A DNA stretch of 64,000 nucleotides from Polyangiales bacterium. GTDB lineage: Bacteria > Myxococcota_A > Polyangia > Polyangiales > JADJQN01. A model generated the notes under the pieces. It saw only the letters and a program-made list of their open reading frames with translations. It was not told where the DNA came from and made no database searches. The position numbers and the translations under genes are program-made. Below, one piece after another: positions 27,291 to 41,566 of this stretch. The stretch covers positions 576,001 to 640,000 of the forward strand of contig CAXNJO010000003.1 of assembly GCA_964202905.1 (NCBI GenBank). The letters run 5' to 3'. The number at the start of each line of letters is the position of its first letter. Position 1 is the stretch's first letter.

Positions 27291-28129
27291 CGAGCGGCTG
27301 GCTGGAGCACCCCTGGAAGAGCGTGCGCGTCGCGCGCCGCGACCCCGGCATCGTGACCGTCACGCTCTGCGGGCCCGGCCGCGGCAACGCGCTCGGGCCG
27401 GATTTCTGGCGCGACATGCCCGCGCTCTTCGCCGATCTCGATCGTGACGAGGGCGTGCGCGTGATCGTGATCCGCGGGAGCGGCGATCACTTCTCGTACG
27501 GACTCGATCTCCTCGGCATGATGCCCGAGCTCGGCCCGCTGCTCGCCGGTGCGCCCCTCGCGGCCGGCCGCACGAAGCTGCTGCGCCTCATCGAGGACAT
27601 GCAGCAGGCCTGCGACCGCGTCGCGCGCTGCCGGCGGCCGGTGATCGCGGCGATCCACGGTTGGTGCATCGGCGGCGGGCTCGATCTCGCGGCGGCGTGC
27701 GACGTGCGGCTCGCCTCGCGCGAGGCGAAGATCTCGCTCCGCGAGGTGCGCCTCGCCATGGTCGCGGACATCGGCTCGCTGCAGCGTCTGCCGCGCATCG
27801 TCGGCGCGGGCCACGTGCGCGAGCTCGCCTACACGGGCAAGGACATCGACGCCGCGCGCGCCGAGCGCATCGGGCTCGTCAACGAGGTCTTCGACACGCC
27901 GGACGCGCTCTTCGCCGCGGCCGACGGGCTCGCGGACGAGATCGCGACGCAGTCACCGCTCGTCACGAGCGGCATCAAGCAGGTCCTCGACTACTGCGAG
28001 GACAAGAGCACCGGCGACGGCCTCCGCTACGTGGCCGCCTGGAACGCCGCGTTCCTGCAGTCGAACGACCTCGCCGAGGCGCTGCAGGCCTTCATGGCGA
28101 AGCGCCCGCCGCAGTTCAAGGGAGACTGA
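27287..28129 (+). CDS. Enoyl-CoA hydratase/isomerase (dienoyl-CoA isomerase-like)
   Basis: FSYGLDL, HGWCIGGG, ADIGSLQRLP, KRPPQFKG; ATGA overlap with glmU. Confidence 0.9.
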   Translation: MTSGWLEHPWKSVRVARRDPGIVTVTLCGPGRGNALGPDFWRDMPALFADLDRDEGVRVIVIRGSGDHFSYGLDLLGMMPELGPLLAGAPLAAGRTKLLRLIEDMQQACDRVARCRRPVIAAIHGWCIGGGLDLAAACDVRLASREAKISLREVRLAMVADIGSLQRLPRIVGAGHVRELAYTGKDIDAARAERIGLVNEVFDTPDALFAAADGLADEIATQSPLVTSGIKQVLDYCEDKSTGDGLRYVAAWNAAFLQSNDLAEALQAFMAKRPPQFKGD

Positions 28130-28133
28130 ACCA

Positions 28134-28169
28134 GCGCCGGATTCCCCTGCAAGTCCGAGGGGATGGCGC
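28134..28169. terminator. Possible hairpin between convergent genes
   Basis: GCGCC..TCCCCT / AGGGGA.GGCGC inverted repeat; no U-tract. Confidence 0.3.
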
Positions 28170-28171
28170 GT

Positions 28172-30168
<1,997 letters not shown>

Positions 30169-30169
<1 letters not shown>

Positions 30170-31110
30170 CAGAAGGTCACCATCGGACCCGACACCGGCT
30201 GATCTCCCTGGGTCCCCGGGACGAGGAGCACGATCACGATCGCGGCCGCGACGAGCGCAACCCCGCCCCCGATCACCCAAGGCCACGGCGACATGCCGCC
30301 GCCCTCGTCGCTCGGCGCGCCACCCGCCGGCGCCTGCGCGGCCGCACCGCCCGTCGCCGCATCGCCCGCGCCCTCGGCGCGCGTCTCGACCGTCACCGCC
30401 GCGACGGCCGAGGCGATCGTCATGCGGAGCGGCGCGGCGTCGGTGCCCGCCGTCGCGAGCACGGCGCCGCCCGGCCCGACAGCCTCCGCGACGAACTCCA
30501 CCGTGGCGCCCGCTGCCGCGGGGAACTCGAGCGACGCCCGCTCCGAGCGTCGCCACACGCCGCCGGCGGTGCGAGCACGCACGCGCAACGCCTGCACGAG
30601 GCCGGCGTTGTCGTCGGTCACGCGGGCGACGAGGCGCGTGCCGCCGGGCATCACGGCCGCCTCGACGTCGACGCGCAGGAGCGCCGTGACCCGTGCGACC
30701 GCCTGCTCGTAGGCCCGACGCACCGGGGGCGGCGCCGAGCGGGGCAGGCGCACCTCGCGGTCGAGGTTGGCGAGGCGGAACGCGTCCGCCTCGAGGTCCT
30801 CGGGGTGCCGCATCGCGTGGTGCACCATCGCGCGGCGCGTGTAGAGCTGAACGATGTCGTCGCGGGTCAGGTCCGTCGCCTGCTCGGCGCGCGCGAACGC
30901 GTCGAGGGCGCCCTGGAAATCAGCCTCTTCGTACTTGCGCTTGCCTTCTTCGATGAGGGGGTGTGCGAGCGCGACCGCGGGCGCGAGCACGACGAGCACG
31001 AGCGCCCACAGCGCGGCGAACGCACGCACCGCGCCGACGCCGAGCGCCCACGGAGCGACCGTCCGCTTGTGCGTCGCGCGCCCGGAGGCGCCTGCATCCC
31101 GGATTGGCAT
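30169..31110 (-). CDS. Secreted TPR-like protein with C-terminal membrane anchor
   Basis: Signal peptide; EEGKRKYEEADFQGALDAF; WPWVIGGGVALV TM; stop overlaps the kinase start. Confidence 0.7.
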
Positions 31111-31244
31111 CGCGCGGAGATACTAGATCACCTGCACCGCCCCGCGCCATCGATCCGCACAACCCGCGAGATGCGGGCGCGCAGCGCGGCTGCGAGTGGT
31201 TCGCGGATCCATCCCGGGCGCGACCATGGTAGCGTCGCCGGCCG

Positions 31245-31721
31245 ATGAGTCGTCCAGCCGCCTCCCGCTCCGGGCGACGCCCCTCCCGGGGCGCGCTCGT
31301 CCCCCTCACCCTCCTCCCGGCGGCGCTGCTCCTCGCCGTCGCGTGCTCCGGCAGCGGGCGCGACGCCCCGGAAGCGCCGGCCGCGCCGCGCGCCAACGCC
31401 GAGTCGCCGACCCCGGCGCCCGCGCCCGCGCCCAGCCCCGCGCCGACGCCGAACCCCGCACAGCCCGCGGAGATCGCCGCGGTCGAGAGCTGGGACGCCG
31501 CGGGCATCGCGGTCGAGCGCCTCCTCGACGGCTCGATCCGCCTGCGCGGCGTGGATCGCTGGGGCGTCCGCGTCGACACGGTCTACGCCGACGCGACGTA
31601 CTTCGCGAACGCCGTCCCGGTGTTTTCACGCGGTCTCACCGACGAGCAAGCCCGCGCGGTCACCGCGCTCGTCCCCCGTGTGCGCACGGCCGCAGGTACG
31701 CCCCCCGCACCGGCGCCGTGA
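31245..31721 (+). CDS. Hypothetical lipoprotein
   Basis: LLLAVAC lipobox, Pro/Ala linker, small globular domain. Confidence 0.65.
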   Translation: MSRPAASRSGRRPSRGALVPLTLLPAALLLAVACSGSGRDAPEAPAAPRANAESPTPAPAPAPSPAPTPNPAQPAEIAAVESWDAAGIAVERLLDGSIRLRGVDRWGVRVDTVYADATYFANAVPVFSRGLTDEQARAVTALVPRVRTAAGTPPAPAP

Positions 31722-33316
31722 GCCTCCGGCGCGCACGCGCCAGGCTGGCCCTCGCCGCGTTCGCCACACTCTTCGCGGCGGCCGTCACCGTCCCGGCGCG
31801 CGCGCAGCAGGGCCCCGCGCCGACCCTCGGGGTGAACCCGCAGCGCGTCGGAGCCGTCGCGCCGGAGCACGGCATCCATCACGCGGGGATGGCGCCTGCG
31901 CTCGAGGATCGCTCGAACGTCGCCGACGAGATCGAGTGGGTCGAGGAGCGCAGGGAGTGGTTCCGTGGGCCGGACCTCGAGCTCTTCGGGACGCAGGGCG
32001 TCGACCGCGCGCTGCGCGGGGTGCTCGGCACGGGCTTCGGCTCCGCGGCCCACGTCGAGCTGATGCTCACGCACTGGCTCGGCGTGCACGCGGGCCTGAC
32101 GTGGCTGGAGCTGCCGGGGCGCGGCGACCTCGAGGGCGCATTCTACTGGGGCGCGCGCCTCGGCCTGCGCCTCCACTGGACCGGCCTCGCCGGGCTGCGC
32201 GGACACGACGGCTGGATCGATCTCCACGACGCCTTCGGGCGCTCGGGCGTCGCGACGCGGCACGGCCTCGACGTCGGCACCGGCTACGACTTCCGCGTCG
32301 CAGACCTGCTCGCCGTCGGCCCCTTCGCGCGGCTGCTCTGGGCGAGCGACCCGCAGGGCTTCGACCCGCTCATCCTGACCTTCGGTGTCTCCGTGCAGGT
32401 CGACCCGCCGACGCGCCGCTTCAAGCCGCGCCCGCGCATCGATCCGGAGACCGAGACGCACATCGCCGAGCACGTGGCGGACTCCCCGTTCCTGCGTCGG
32501 CTCGGGGACGCGCCGCCCCTCGACGACCTCCGCGATCACGAGCCGATCGTGGCCGACGCGGAGGCGCACCTCGTCCGCAGCGTGGACGCGTTCGGCGCGC
32601 GCGAGCTCGGCTGGGGCGGCGGCGCCGCGCTGCACGTCGAGGTGGTCATCTCGCGCCTCGTGGGCCTGCACCTCGGCGGCGTCGTCCACGCGATGCCCCC
32701 GGCGCAGGCCGGCGCCTTCGGCACCTCCGTCTACCTCGGCTCGCGCGCCGGTGTGCGCGTGCACTGGACGCAGGCGCTCGGCTGGGACGCGCTCGACGGC
32801 TGGGTGGACGTGCACCACGCGTTCGCGACGTCCGGCGGCGTCGCGCGGCACGGCTTCGACGCGGGCACCGGGCTCGCGGTGCACCTCGCGCCCGAGGTGA
32901 GCGTCGGCCCCTTCGTGCGGCTCACCTACGGCAGCGACCCGAACGGCGACGACCCGCTGCTCCTCACGGTCGGCGCGACCGTCGCGCTGCTCGCCGGCGT
33001 GCGGCACGGGCGCTCGGTGGCGGACGGCGATCGCGACGGCGTCGCCGATGCGCACGACCTCTGTCCTGGCGAGCACGCGACGACCTCGCGTCCGAGCGAC
33101 ACGCGCCGCGGCTGTCCCACCGCCGACACCGATCACGACGGCTGGCACGACGACGTCGACGCATGCACGACGGATCCCGCCGGCGCGAACCCCGACGCAG
33201 CACACCCTGGCTGTCCGCTCCCCGACCGCGACGCCGACGGAATCGCCGACGCAGAGGACGTGTGCCCCACCGAGCCGGGCGGATTCGAGGACGCACTGCG
33301 CCACGGCTGCCCCTGA
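31718..33316 (+). CDS. Secreted protein with two tandem OM beta-barrel-like repeats and thrombospondin type-3 repeats
   Basis: GTGA overlap; duplicated HVE...HWT...DGW.D.H.AF..SG...RHG.D.GTG...VGPF.RL...SDP.G.DPL; DGDRDGVADAHDLCP repeats. Confidence 0.75.
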   Translation: MSLRRARARLALAAFATLFAAAVTVPARAQQGPAPTLGVNPQRVGAVAPEHGIHHAGMAPALEDRSNVADEIEWVEERREWFRGPDLELFGTQGVDRALRGVLGTGFGSAAHVELMLTHWLGVHAGLTWLELPGRGDLEGAFYWGARLGLRLHWTGLAGLRGHDGWIDLHDAFGRSGVATRHGLDVGTGYDFRVADLLAVGPFARLLWASDPQGFDPLILTFGVSVQVDPPTRRFKPRPRIDPETETHIAEHVADSPFLRRLGDAPPLDDLRDHEPIVADAEAHLVRSVDAFGARELGWGGGAALHVEVVISRLVGLHLGGVVHAMPPAQAGAFGTSVYLGSRAGVRVHWTQALGWDALDGWVDVHHAFATSGGVARHGFDAGTGLAVHLAPEVSVGPFVRLTYGSDPNGDDPLLLTVGATVALLAGVRHGRSVADGDRDGVADAHDLCPGEHATTSRPSDTRRGCPTADTDHDGWHDDVDACTTDPAGANPDAAHPGCPLPDRDADGIADAEDVCPTEPGGFEDALRHGCP

Positions 33317-33404
33317 AGGCTTGCGCGGGCGAGCGTCCGTTCGACCGGTCGAGCCGCCCCAAAACACGCACCGGCGGAGCGCGACCCGGACGGGAGCGAC
33401 CCGT

Positions 33405-35165
33405 TCAGCGCAAGATGACGGCGACCGTCGGCGCGAGCAGATCCATCGCGACGCCGCCGTCGGGCGTCAGGTCGACACTTGTACCCGTGCGCCCGTCGGT
33501 CACGCGGCCCCAGCAGTACCACGCCCTCGCCGGATCGGCGGCCGTGCTCGAGCGCCCGCACGAGTGATCGGCCGCCACCGCGACGGCGTCGAAGTCGGCG
33601 AGGATCCGCGTCGGCACGTAGGTGAAGTCCGCCGTCCCGGTGCCCGTCTGCCCGCGCGCGCTGACGCCCCAGCAGTAGAGGTCGCCGTCCACCGCGACGG
33701 CGTCGAAGCCGATGGCGCAGGTGTGGAAGTTGCCCGCGGCGATCTGCGTCCAGACCGCGACCGGCGTAGTCACCCGCTGGGGCGTGAGCACGTCCATGCC
33801 CGGGCCCGGGTCGGAGATCCCGAGCCCGAGGCGGCCCCAGTTCGTCTGCTCACCCCAGCACCAGAGCGAACCATCTTGCTGGATGGCACAGGTGTGGGCC
33901 GTGCCCGACGAGACCTCACGCCAGTCGAAGCCGACGCCGACCCGCGTCGGCTCGCTGCGGTCGAGCGTGTCCCCGACGCCGAGCTGACCACTCGTCATGC
34001 CCGCGCTGGCGTTCGAGCCCCAGCACCAGAGGGAGCCGTCCTCCTGCACGCCGCAGGTGTGACGCTCGCCCGCCGAGACGCGGCTCCAGCGCGCCGTGCC
34101 GACGGGCGTCGGCGCGCTGGCGAACCCCGCTGTCGCCATTTCGCCGAGGCGACCATCGCTGCGCTGCCCCCAACAGAACAGCTGCCCGTCCGCGCGGATG
34201 GCGCAGACGTGCTCGTTGCCGCCGTCGATGGCGCGCCACGCACTGGTCCCCACGCGTGTCGGCATCGGCTGCGCGGTCGTCAGCGCGGACGAGCCTGCGC
34301 CGAGGAGGCCGAACGAGTTGGTGCCCCACGCGTAGAGCGCGCCGTCGACGGTGAGCCCGTAGGCCGTGAATTGCGTCGCGGCGACGGCGACGAAGCGCAG
34401 CGACCCGCTGTAGGACTCGAAGGGGTCGCCCGTCACGCTCGGCGAGCGCGGCGCGCCGCGCTGCGAGAAGCTGTCGTCGCCCGCCGAAGCGAGGCGATCG
34501 GCCTCCGGGGTCCACAGAATGAAGGAGTTGCGCGCCGACAGCGCGACGGGCACGCGCACGACGGCGGTCGGCGGGCCGGCGTCCGGCAGCGGACCGAGGT
34601 CGATGGGCGGTCCGAGGTCGATGGGCGGCCCGAGATCCGCGGGTGGCCCGAGATCCACGGGCGGGCCGAGGTCCGCGGGCGGCATCGCGTCGGGTCCGAG
34701 ATCGCGGGGCCCTGCGTCCATGCCCGCGTCCGGCACATCCCCCGCGCACACCCCTGCCGTGCACTCGGAGGCCGCGCAGGCCGACGCGCCGCGACCCGAC
34801 GACGTCGGCAGCACGACGGCGATCGCGCCGTCCACGGGCAGGACCCGCTCGACGCAGGCCTGCGTGAGCACCGCGCAATTCGCGTCGCGGGCCTCCGCGA
34901 AAAAGCCCCAGGTGCCCGCCGGGAGCGCGCCGGGCGACATCCCCATCGCCGCGCCGCTCGCGACGTCGGCGGCAAAGCGCGCGCTGCCCGCGCACCCGCC
35001 CGTGCGGACCTCGGCGTGCACGAGCACCGTCCCGATGGGCGCGGAGCCGCCCGCGAAGGTGATGCGCCAGTCGGCCGGCGACGGCTCCGAGCCGCACGCG
35101 CCGAGCGCAAGCAGCAGCGAGGCCGCGACGAAGCCGGTCGCGGGTCGGGAGGCGCGCGGGGTCAC
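33405..35165 (-). CDS. RCC1-repeat lipoprotein
   Basis: LALGAC lipobox; DLG linker; repeated HTC...DGSLWCWG. Confidence 0.85.
   Translation of the reverse strand: MTPRASRPATGFVAASLLLALGACGSEPSPADWRITFAGGSAPIGTVLVHAEVRTGGCAGSARFAADVASGAAMGMSPGALPAGTWGFFAEARDANCAVLTQACVERVLPVDGAIAVVLPTSSGRGASACAASECTAGVCAGDVPDAGMDAGPRDLGPDAMPPADLGPPVDLGPPADLGPPIDLGPPIDLGPLPDAGPPTAVVRVPVALSARNSFILWTPEADRLASAGDDSFSQRGAPRSPSVTGDPFESYSGSLRFVAVAATQFTAYGLTVDGALYAWGTNSFGLLGAGSSALTTAQPMPTRVGTSAWRAIDGGNEHVCAIRADGQLFCWGQRSDGRLGEMATAGFASAPTPVGTARWSRVSAGERHTCGVQEDGSLWCWGSNASAGMTSGQLGVGDTLDRSEPTRVGVGFDWREVSSGTAHTCAIQQDGSLWCWGEQTNWGRLGLGISDPGPGMDVLTPQRVTTPVAVWTQIAAGNFHTCAIGFDAVAVDGDLYCWGVSARGQTGTGTADFTYVPTRILADFDAVAVAADHSCGRSSTAADPARAWYCWGRVTDGRTGTSVDLTPDGGVAMDLLAPTVAVILR
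34591..34682. repeat. 18-bp coding tandem repeat (PPxDLG)x5
   Basis: PPADLGPPVDLGPPADLGPPIDLGPPIDLGP in the RCC1 lipoprotein linker. Confidence 0.8.
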
Positions 35166-35285
35166 GGCGCCGGATGATACCCGGCGTCCCCGCAGGCGGC
35201 CAGCGACGTGCGCGGAGGGCGTGGCTCAAGCGCCCCCCACGCGCGTCGCGCGCGCAGCGAACGGCCCCGTCCGCCGGGCGCGGGA

Positions 35286-35696
35286 TCAGCAGACGGCGCC
35301 GGCGGGAAGACACACCCAAACGACGTCCGTCGCGGTCGGGCACGCATGGCAGCGTGAGGTCCCCGGGCAGCCGAGCGTCCGACAATCCGCGGGACTCGCG
35401 CACGGGCCCGGGTACGCGATGTCCGTGCCCCCGCCCTGCGCGAAACACGCGTCGTCGTAGGTGCCCCCATCGCAGCCGCAGACGGGCGCCTCGTCCTCTG
35501 GGCACACGTCGGGCCGCGGGAGACAGAGCCCGAACGAGCCCTGATGACCGCACGGGTCCCCTTGCGGGGAGGAGCACACCGCGTCGCCCGCGCAGCCCTC
35601 GCGCAGGTCGCAGGGCGTCAGCCCGTGGACCTCGGCGAGGCAGCCGCCGAGGAGGAGCGAGCACGCGGCCGCGAGCCCGGTCGATGTCCTGCGCAT
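35286..35696 (-). CDS. Kazal-type domain lipoprotein
   Basis: LLGGC lipobox; CPEDEAPVCGCDGGTYDDAC...YPGPC. Confidence 0.8.
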   Translation of the reverse strand: MRRTSTGLAAACSLLLGGCLAEVHGLTPCDLREGCAGDAVCSSPQGDPCGHQGSFGLCLPRPDVCPEDEAPVCGCDGGTYDDACFAQGGGTDIAYPGPCASPADCRTLGCPGTSRCHACPTATDVVWVCLPAGAVC

Positions 35697-35931
35697 CGTG
35701 GCCCCCCGCGGACGCGTCGGGGGCGCCCCCGGAGACGTGCGCCCGCCCCGCCGCGCGTCGATCCCGCGACGGCGGGGCGATGCGCGCGCCCCTCGCCGGG
35801 CCCGGCCTCACGGCGAAGCGGCTGCTCTCGTACGACGCGACGTGTCCGACGTGCGCCGCGCGCTTCGGGCGCAACGCGTCCGTACTCTTCGCGCAGGTCG
35901 CCTGACGCTCGGCTGCGACGAGGCGCGACGC

Positions 35932-35990
35932 CAGACGGCCAGCCGACTGTCCGTCTGCGCGACGCGTGACGGCCAGCCGGCTGACTGTCT
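35932..35990. repeat. Two degenerate copies of the REP-like palindrome
   Basis: CAGACGGCCAGCCGACTGTCCGTCTG and GACGGCCAGCCGGCTGACTGTC directly after the nadE stop. Confidence 0.65.
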
Positions 35991-35999
35991 GCGAGACGA

Positions 36000-37661
36000 T
36001 CAGCCGCGCCAGCGCTGCGCGATGGGCACGCGGCGCCCGGGACCGAAGGCCTTGCGCGAGACGAGGAGGCCCGGCGCGAGCTGGCGTCGCTTGTGCTCGC
36101 TCAGGTGGATCAGGCGCACGACGCGCTCGACGAGGGCGCGATCGAGGCCCTCGGCGACGAGCTCCTCGACGCCGCGCGCGCGCTCGACGTAGCCCTCGAT
36201 CACCGCGTCGAGCTCCTCGTAGGGCGGGAGCGAGTCCTGATCCGTCTGATCCGGGCGCAGCTCCGCGCTCGGCGCGCGCGTGAGCGTGCTCTCCGGGATG
36301 ATCTCACGCCCCGCGCGGCGGTTCACCTCGCGCGCAACCTTGTAAACGAAGGTCTTCGGCAGGTCCGCGATCACCGCGAGCGCGCCGGCCATGTCGCCGT
36401 AGAGCGTGCAGTAGCCGACGGCGATCTCGCTCTTGTTGCCGGTCGTCAGCAGCAGGCGCCCCGTGCGATTGGCCGCGCCCATCAGCACCGCGCAGCGGAT
36501 GCGCGACTGCACGTTCTCCCACGTGACGTCGCCGGGCCCGGGCGGCGCGAGCGCGTCGAGGTGCGGCGTGAGCCCGTCGAGATAGGCCTGGAAGAAGCCG
36601 TCGATCGGGATCTCGCGCAGCCCGATGCCGAGCGCCACAGCGAGCGCGTCCGCGTCGAGAAAGCTCTGCCGCGACGAGTAGCGGGTCGGCAGCGCGAGGC
36701 CGAGCACGTTCTCCGCACCGAGCGCCTCGGCCGCGATCGCCGCGACGAGCGCGCTGTCGATGCCGCCCGAGACGCCGAGCAGCGCGCGCGAAAAACCGCA
36801 TTTGCGCGCGTAATCGCGCACGCCGAGCACGAGCGCGTCGAGCACCGCGCCCTCGTCCGTGTCGGGGTGCGGCGCGATCGGCCCGCCCGCCGCGAGGTCC
36901 GCGACCACCACGTCCGCACCGAACGCGCGCGCCCGCGCGAGGAGCGCGCCATCGGGCCCGAAGAGCGCGGAGCTGCCGTCGAAGACGAGGTCGTCGTGCG
37001 CGCCCACCTCGTTCACGAAGGCGACGGGCACGCCGTGCTTTCGCGCGACCGCCGCGAGCAGGCGCGGGCGGCCTTCGCGCTTGTCGCGCGTGAAGGGCGA
37101 GGCCGCGACGTTCACGAGCAGGCGCGCCCCCGCGGCGACGAGATCACCCACCGGATTCACGGGATACGCGCGCGACGCGAGCGGGTCGGGGACGTCGTTC
37201 CAGATGTCCTCGCAGATCGTGAAGCCCACGGGCACGCCCGCGACCTCCACGAGCGCAGGCGCCGCGCGGCCCGGCTCGAACCAGCGGTCCTCGTCGAAGA
37301 CGTCGTACGTCGGCAGCAGGCGCTTGTGCACCGCGCCGAGGACGACACCATCCCGCACGATGGCGACGGCGTTGCAGAGCCCGCGCGACGCCCCCTCGGG
37401 CGCGCGGTCGACGAAGCCGATCGCTGCGGTGAGCCCGGCGGGCAGCGTGGGCACGAGCGCGTCGAGCGTCGCGCGCTGGGCCGCGATGAAGGAGGGCCGG
37501 TCGAGCAAATCCCGGGGCGGATAGCCGGTGATCGCGAGCTCCGGGAACACGGCGAGGTCCGCGCCCGCGGCGCGCGCTTCCCGGGCCGCGTCGCGGATCC
37601 GCGCGGCGTTCCCCTCGAGATCACCGACCGTCGCGTCGAGCTGGCAGAGGGCGAGCCGCAT
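36000..37661 (-). CDS. nadE: Glutamine-dependent NAD+ synthetase
   Basis: FPELAITGYPP, ICEDIW, GVSGGIDS, TGNKSE, TLYGD, PSAELRPDQTD. Confidence 0.96.
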   Translation of the reverse strand: MRLALCQLDATVGDLEGNAARIRDAAREARAAGADLAVFPELAITGYPPRDLLDRPSFIAAQRATLDALVPTLPAGLTAAIGFVDRAPEGASRGLCNAVAIVRDGVVLGAVHKRLLPTYDVFDEDRWFEPGRAAPALVEVAGVPVGFTICEDIWNDVPDPLASRAYPVNPVGDLVAAGARLLVNVAASPFTRDKREGRPRLLAAVARKHGVPVAFVNEVGAHDDLVFDGSSALFGPDGALLARARAFGADVVVADLAAGGPIAPHPDTDEGAVLDALVLGVRDYARKCGFSRALLGVSGGIDSALVAAIAAEALGAENVLGLALPTRYSSRQSFLDADALAVALGIGLREIPIDGFFQAYLDGLTPHLDALAPPGPGDVTWENVQSRIRCAVLMGAANRTGRLLLTTGNKSEIAVGYCTLYGDMAGALAVIADLPKTFVYKVAREVNRRAGREIIPESTLTRAPSAELRPDQTDQDSLPPYEELDAVIEGYVERARGVEELVAEGLDRALVERVVRLIHLSEHKRRQLAPGLLVSRKAFGPGRRVPIAQRWRG

Positions 37662-37762
37662 CGTGCGCGCGACGGTACGCCGACCGCGCCCAGTCCGCCA
37701 CGGCGCGCGTCGTCCCCGCGCAAGTCTGGCCGCGCCGCGCGCGCACGGGTTAAGCTCGCGCG

Positions 37763-39484
37763 ATGCTGCAACGCCCCGCGTCCTCGCTCGTGCTCTCCGC
37801 GCTGCTCCTCGGCCTCGCCGGCTGTGGCGACGCCCCGTCCACGCCTTCGACCCCCGACGCAGGCGCGGACTTCGGCCCGCCCGACCTCGGCGTCGACGCG
37901 GGGCCGCCGCCGCCGCCGGACGTCTGCGATGCGCTCGGGCTCACGCGCACGCCCTTCCGCACGGCCGGCGCAGGCGTCGGCATGGGCGACGTCGCGGGCG
38001 ACTTCACGGCAGAGACGCTCGCAGGGACGTACACGCTCTCCGAGCGCTGGAGCGGCTGCGAGAGCCACGTGTTCTTCGTGCACATGCCGCGCGTCTCGGA
38101 CGACGTGATCCGCACGCCGGTCGACCGCCTGCTCAGCGAGGGGCGCCGCAACGTGCAGTACTTCTTCCTCTCGACCTCGCCGGACGCGGCCGCGCGTCGC
38201 GCGCTCATGGAGGAGCTGTCCGCCGGCCTCGACGAGACGTTCGCCTTCCAGGGCACGACGGTCGAGGAGCAGGCCTTCTGGCGCGAGCGCTTCCACTACG
38301 TCACCGACGAGGCGGGCGCCGTCTCGGGCAGCGTCGGCGCGTACGTGACCGACTACCTCACCTTCGCGCGGACCCCGGCCGGCACCGTCGACCTCGGCGA
38401 TCGCGGCCGCGCCGGCATGCCGCCGCCCACGGTGTTCGGCATCGACCGCGCGCAGACGTGGGATCCGGGCGACAGCCTCAGCCCCGCCGTCGGCGCGCCC
38501 GCGGATCTGCTCGGGATGGCCGCATTTCTCAGCCACTTCTACGAGTACCGCGGCGCCCTCGACGCGCGCCTCGCCGCCGAGACGGACACCACCGTCGTCA
38601 CGCTCCTCGACGAGACGACCACCGGCCGCGTCTTCACGCGCGAGGTGACGCTCCCCGACGCGGCGGCGATGGCCGCCTTCGACACGCTCGAGATCGACAT
38701 CGAGATCACGTGCAACCAGCGCAACCCCTTCGGCTGCTCCGAGTGGGATCGCATCGCCGACATCCAGCTCTGCGCGGACGGCGCGGCCTGCACGGATCGC
38801 CGCGAGATCGCGCGCTGGATCACGCCCTACTGGCGCCGCGGCCGGCAGCACTACCTCATCGAGGCCTCGCCCTTCCTCGGCGCGCTGCGCGACGGCGGCA
38901 CGAAGCACTTCTTCGTCGAGCTCGGACCCGAGTGGGAGCGCGCGACCGAGTGGGACGCGAAGGTCGCGCTCCGCATGCGCGCCCGCGGCACCGAGCCCCG
39001 CGCGACGGGCGCAGAGCGGGCCTTCACCGGCGGCGGCTTCGGCCCGACCTACAACGACCGCGCGCCCGTCACCTTCACGCCGCCCGCGGACGCGACGCGC
39101 GTCGAGCTCGTCACGATCGTCACCGGACACGGCCAGGCGGCGAGCAACGGCTGCGCGGAGTGGTGCGATCACCGCCACGCCTTCACGGTCAACGGCACCG
39201 CGCTCCCCATCCTCCGCCACGAGGGCGAGTCGATCGGCAGCGACCGCGGCTGCGCGGCCCGCGCCGACGAGGGCGTGATCCCCGGCCAGTGGGGCAACTG
39301 GGCGCAGGCCCGCGCCTATTGGTGCCCGGGCATGGCGGTGCAGCCCATCCGCACGGACATCACCGCGCTCGTGACGCCGGGCAGCGCCAACACGATCGAC
39401 TACGAGGGCGCCTTCCGCGCCGGCGCGCCCTCCGGCGGCGACATCGCACTGAGCGCGTGGGTCGTCTGGTACCGCAACCCCTGA
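37763..39484 (+). CDS. Peptide-N-glycosidase F-related lipoprotein
   Basis: LAGC lipobox; CSEWDR, EIARWITPY, VTGHG, CAEWC, GNW..RAYWCPG. Confidence 0.8.
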   Translation: MLQRPASSLVLSALLLGLAGCGDAPSTPSTPDAGADFGPPDLGVDAGPPPPPDVCDALGLTRTPFRTAGAGVGMGDVAGDFTAETLAGTYTLSERWSGCESHVFFVHMPRVSDDVIRTPVDRLLSEGRRNVQYFFLSTSPDAAARRALMEELSAGLDETFAFQGTTVEEQAFWRERFHYVTDEAGAVSGSVGAYVTDYLTFARTPAGTVDLGDRGRAGMPPPTVFGIDRAQTWDPGDSLSPAVGAPADLLGMAAFLSHFYEYRGALDARLAAETDTTVVTLLDETTTGRVFTREVTLPDAAAMAAFDTLEIDIEITCNQRNPFGCSEWDRIADIQLCADGAACTDRREIARWITPYWRRGRQHYLIEASPFLGALRDGGTKHFFVELGPEWERATEWDAKVALRMRARGTEPRATGAERAFTGGGFGPTYNDRAPVTFTPPADATRVELVTIVTGHGQAASNGCAEWCDHRHAFTVNGTALPILRHEGESIGSDRGCAARADEGVIPGQWGNWAQARAYWCPGMAVQPIRTDITALVTPGSANTIDYEGAFRAGAPSGGDIALSAWVVWYRNP

Positions 39485-39597
39485 ATCGCGGCGCAGGCGG
39501 CGCGGGCCGCTCGCGTCCTGTTGCTGTTGTATCCGTGATGCTCCTGCAACCCGATCACATCGAGTCGTCGCGGTCGCGCGGCGCCCCCGGAGACGCC

Positions 39598-41319
<1,722 letters not shown>

Positions 41320-41566
41320 GCGCGGGCCCGCGCGGCCCTCCCCCGACACGACTCGTCAGGAGGCCGAGACCCGCGCGGCCATCGGATTGGCTCGTACACA
41401 AACGGCGCGACGGCGGACACTTGCCGCCGCCCGCGCCCCCGCTTTCTGCACCCCCGCCGTCACGCGGGCCCGCGCCGGGCGGACCTGCGGCGTCACGCGT
41501 GGCTCATGTACGGCGACACGAGCCTGCGCATCCCCAACACCCGCAGACGACGTCGCGTTCGCTGCC

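Noticed and set aside
35780..35905. 41-aa ORF with YDATCPTC, similar to the DCC thiol-disulfide motif
   Set aside because: Too short and unsupported; chance or a tiny remnant
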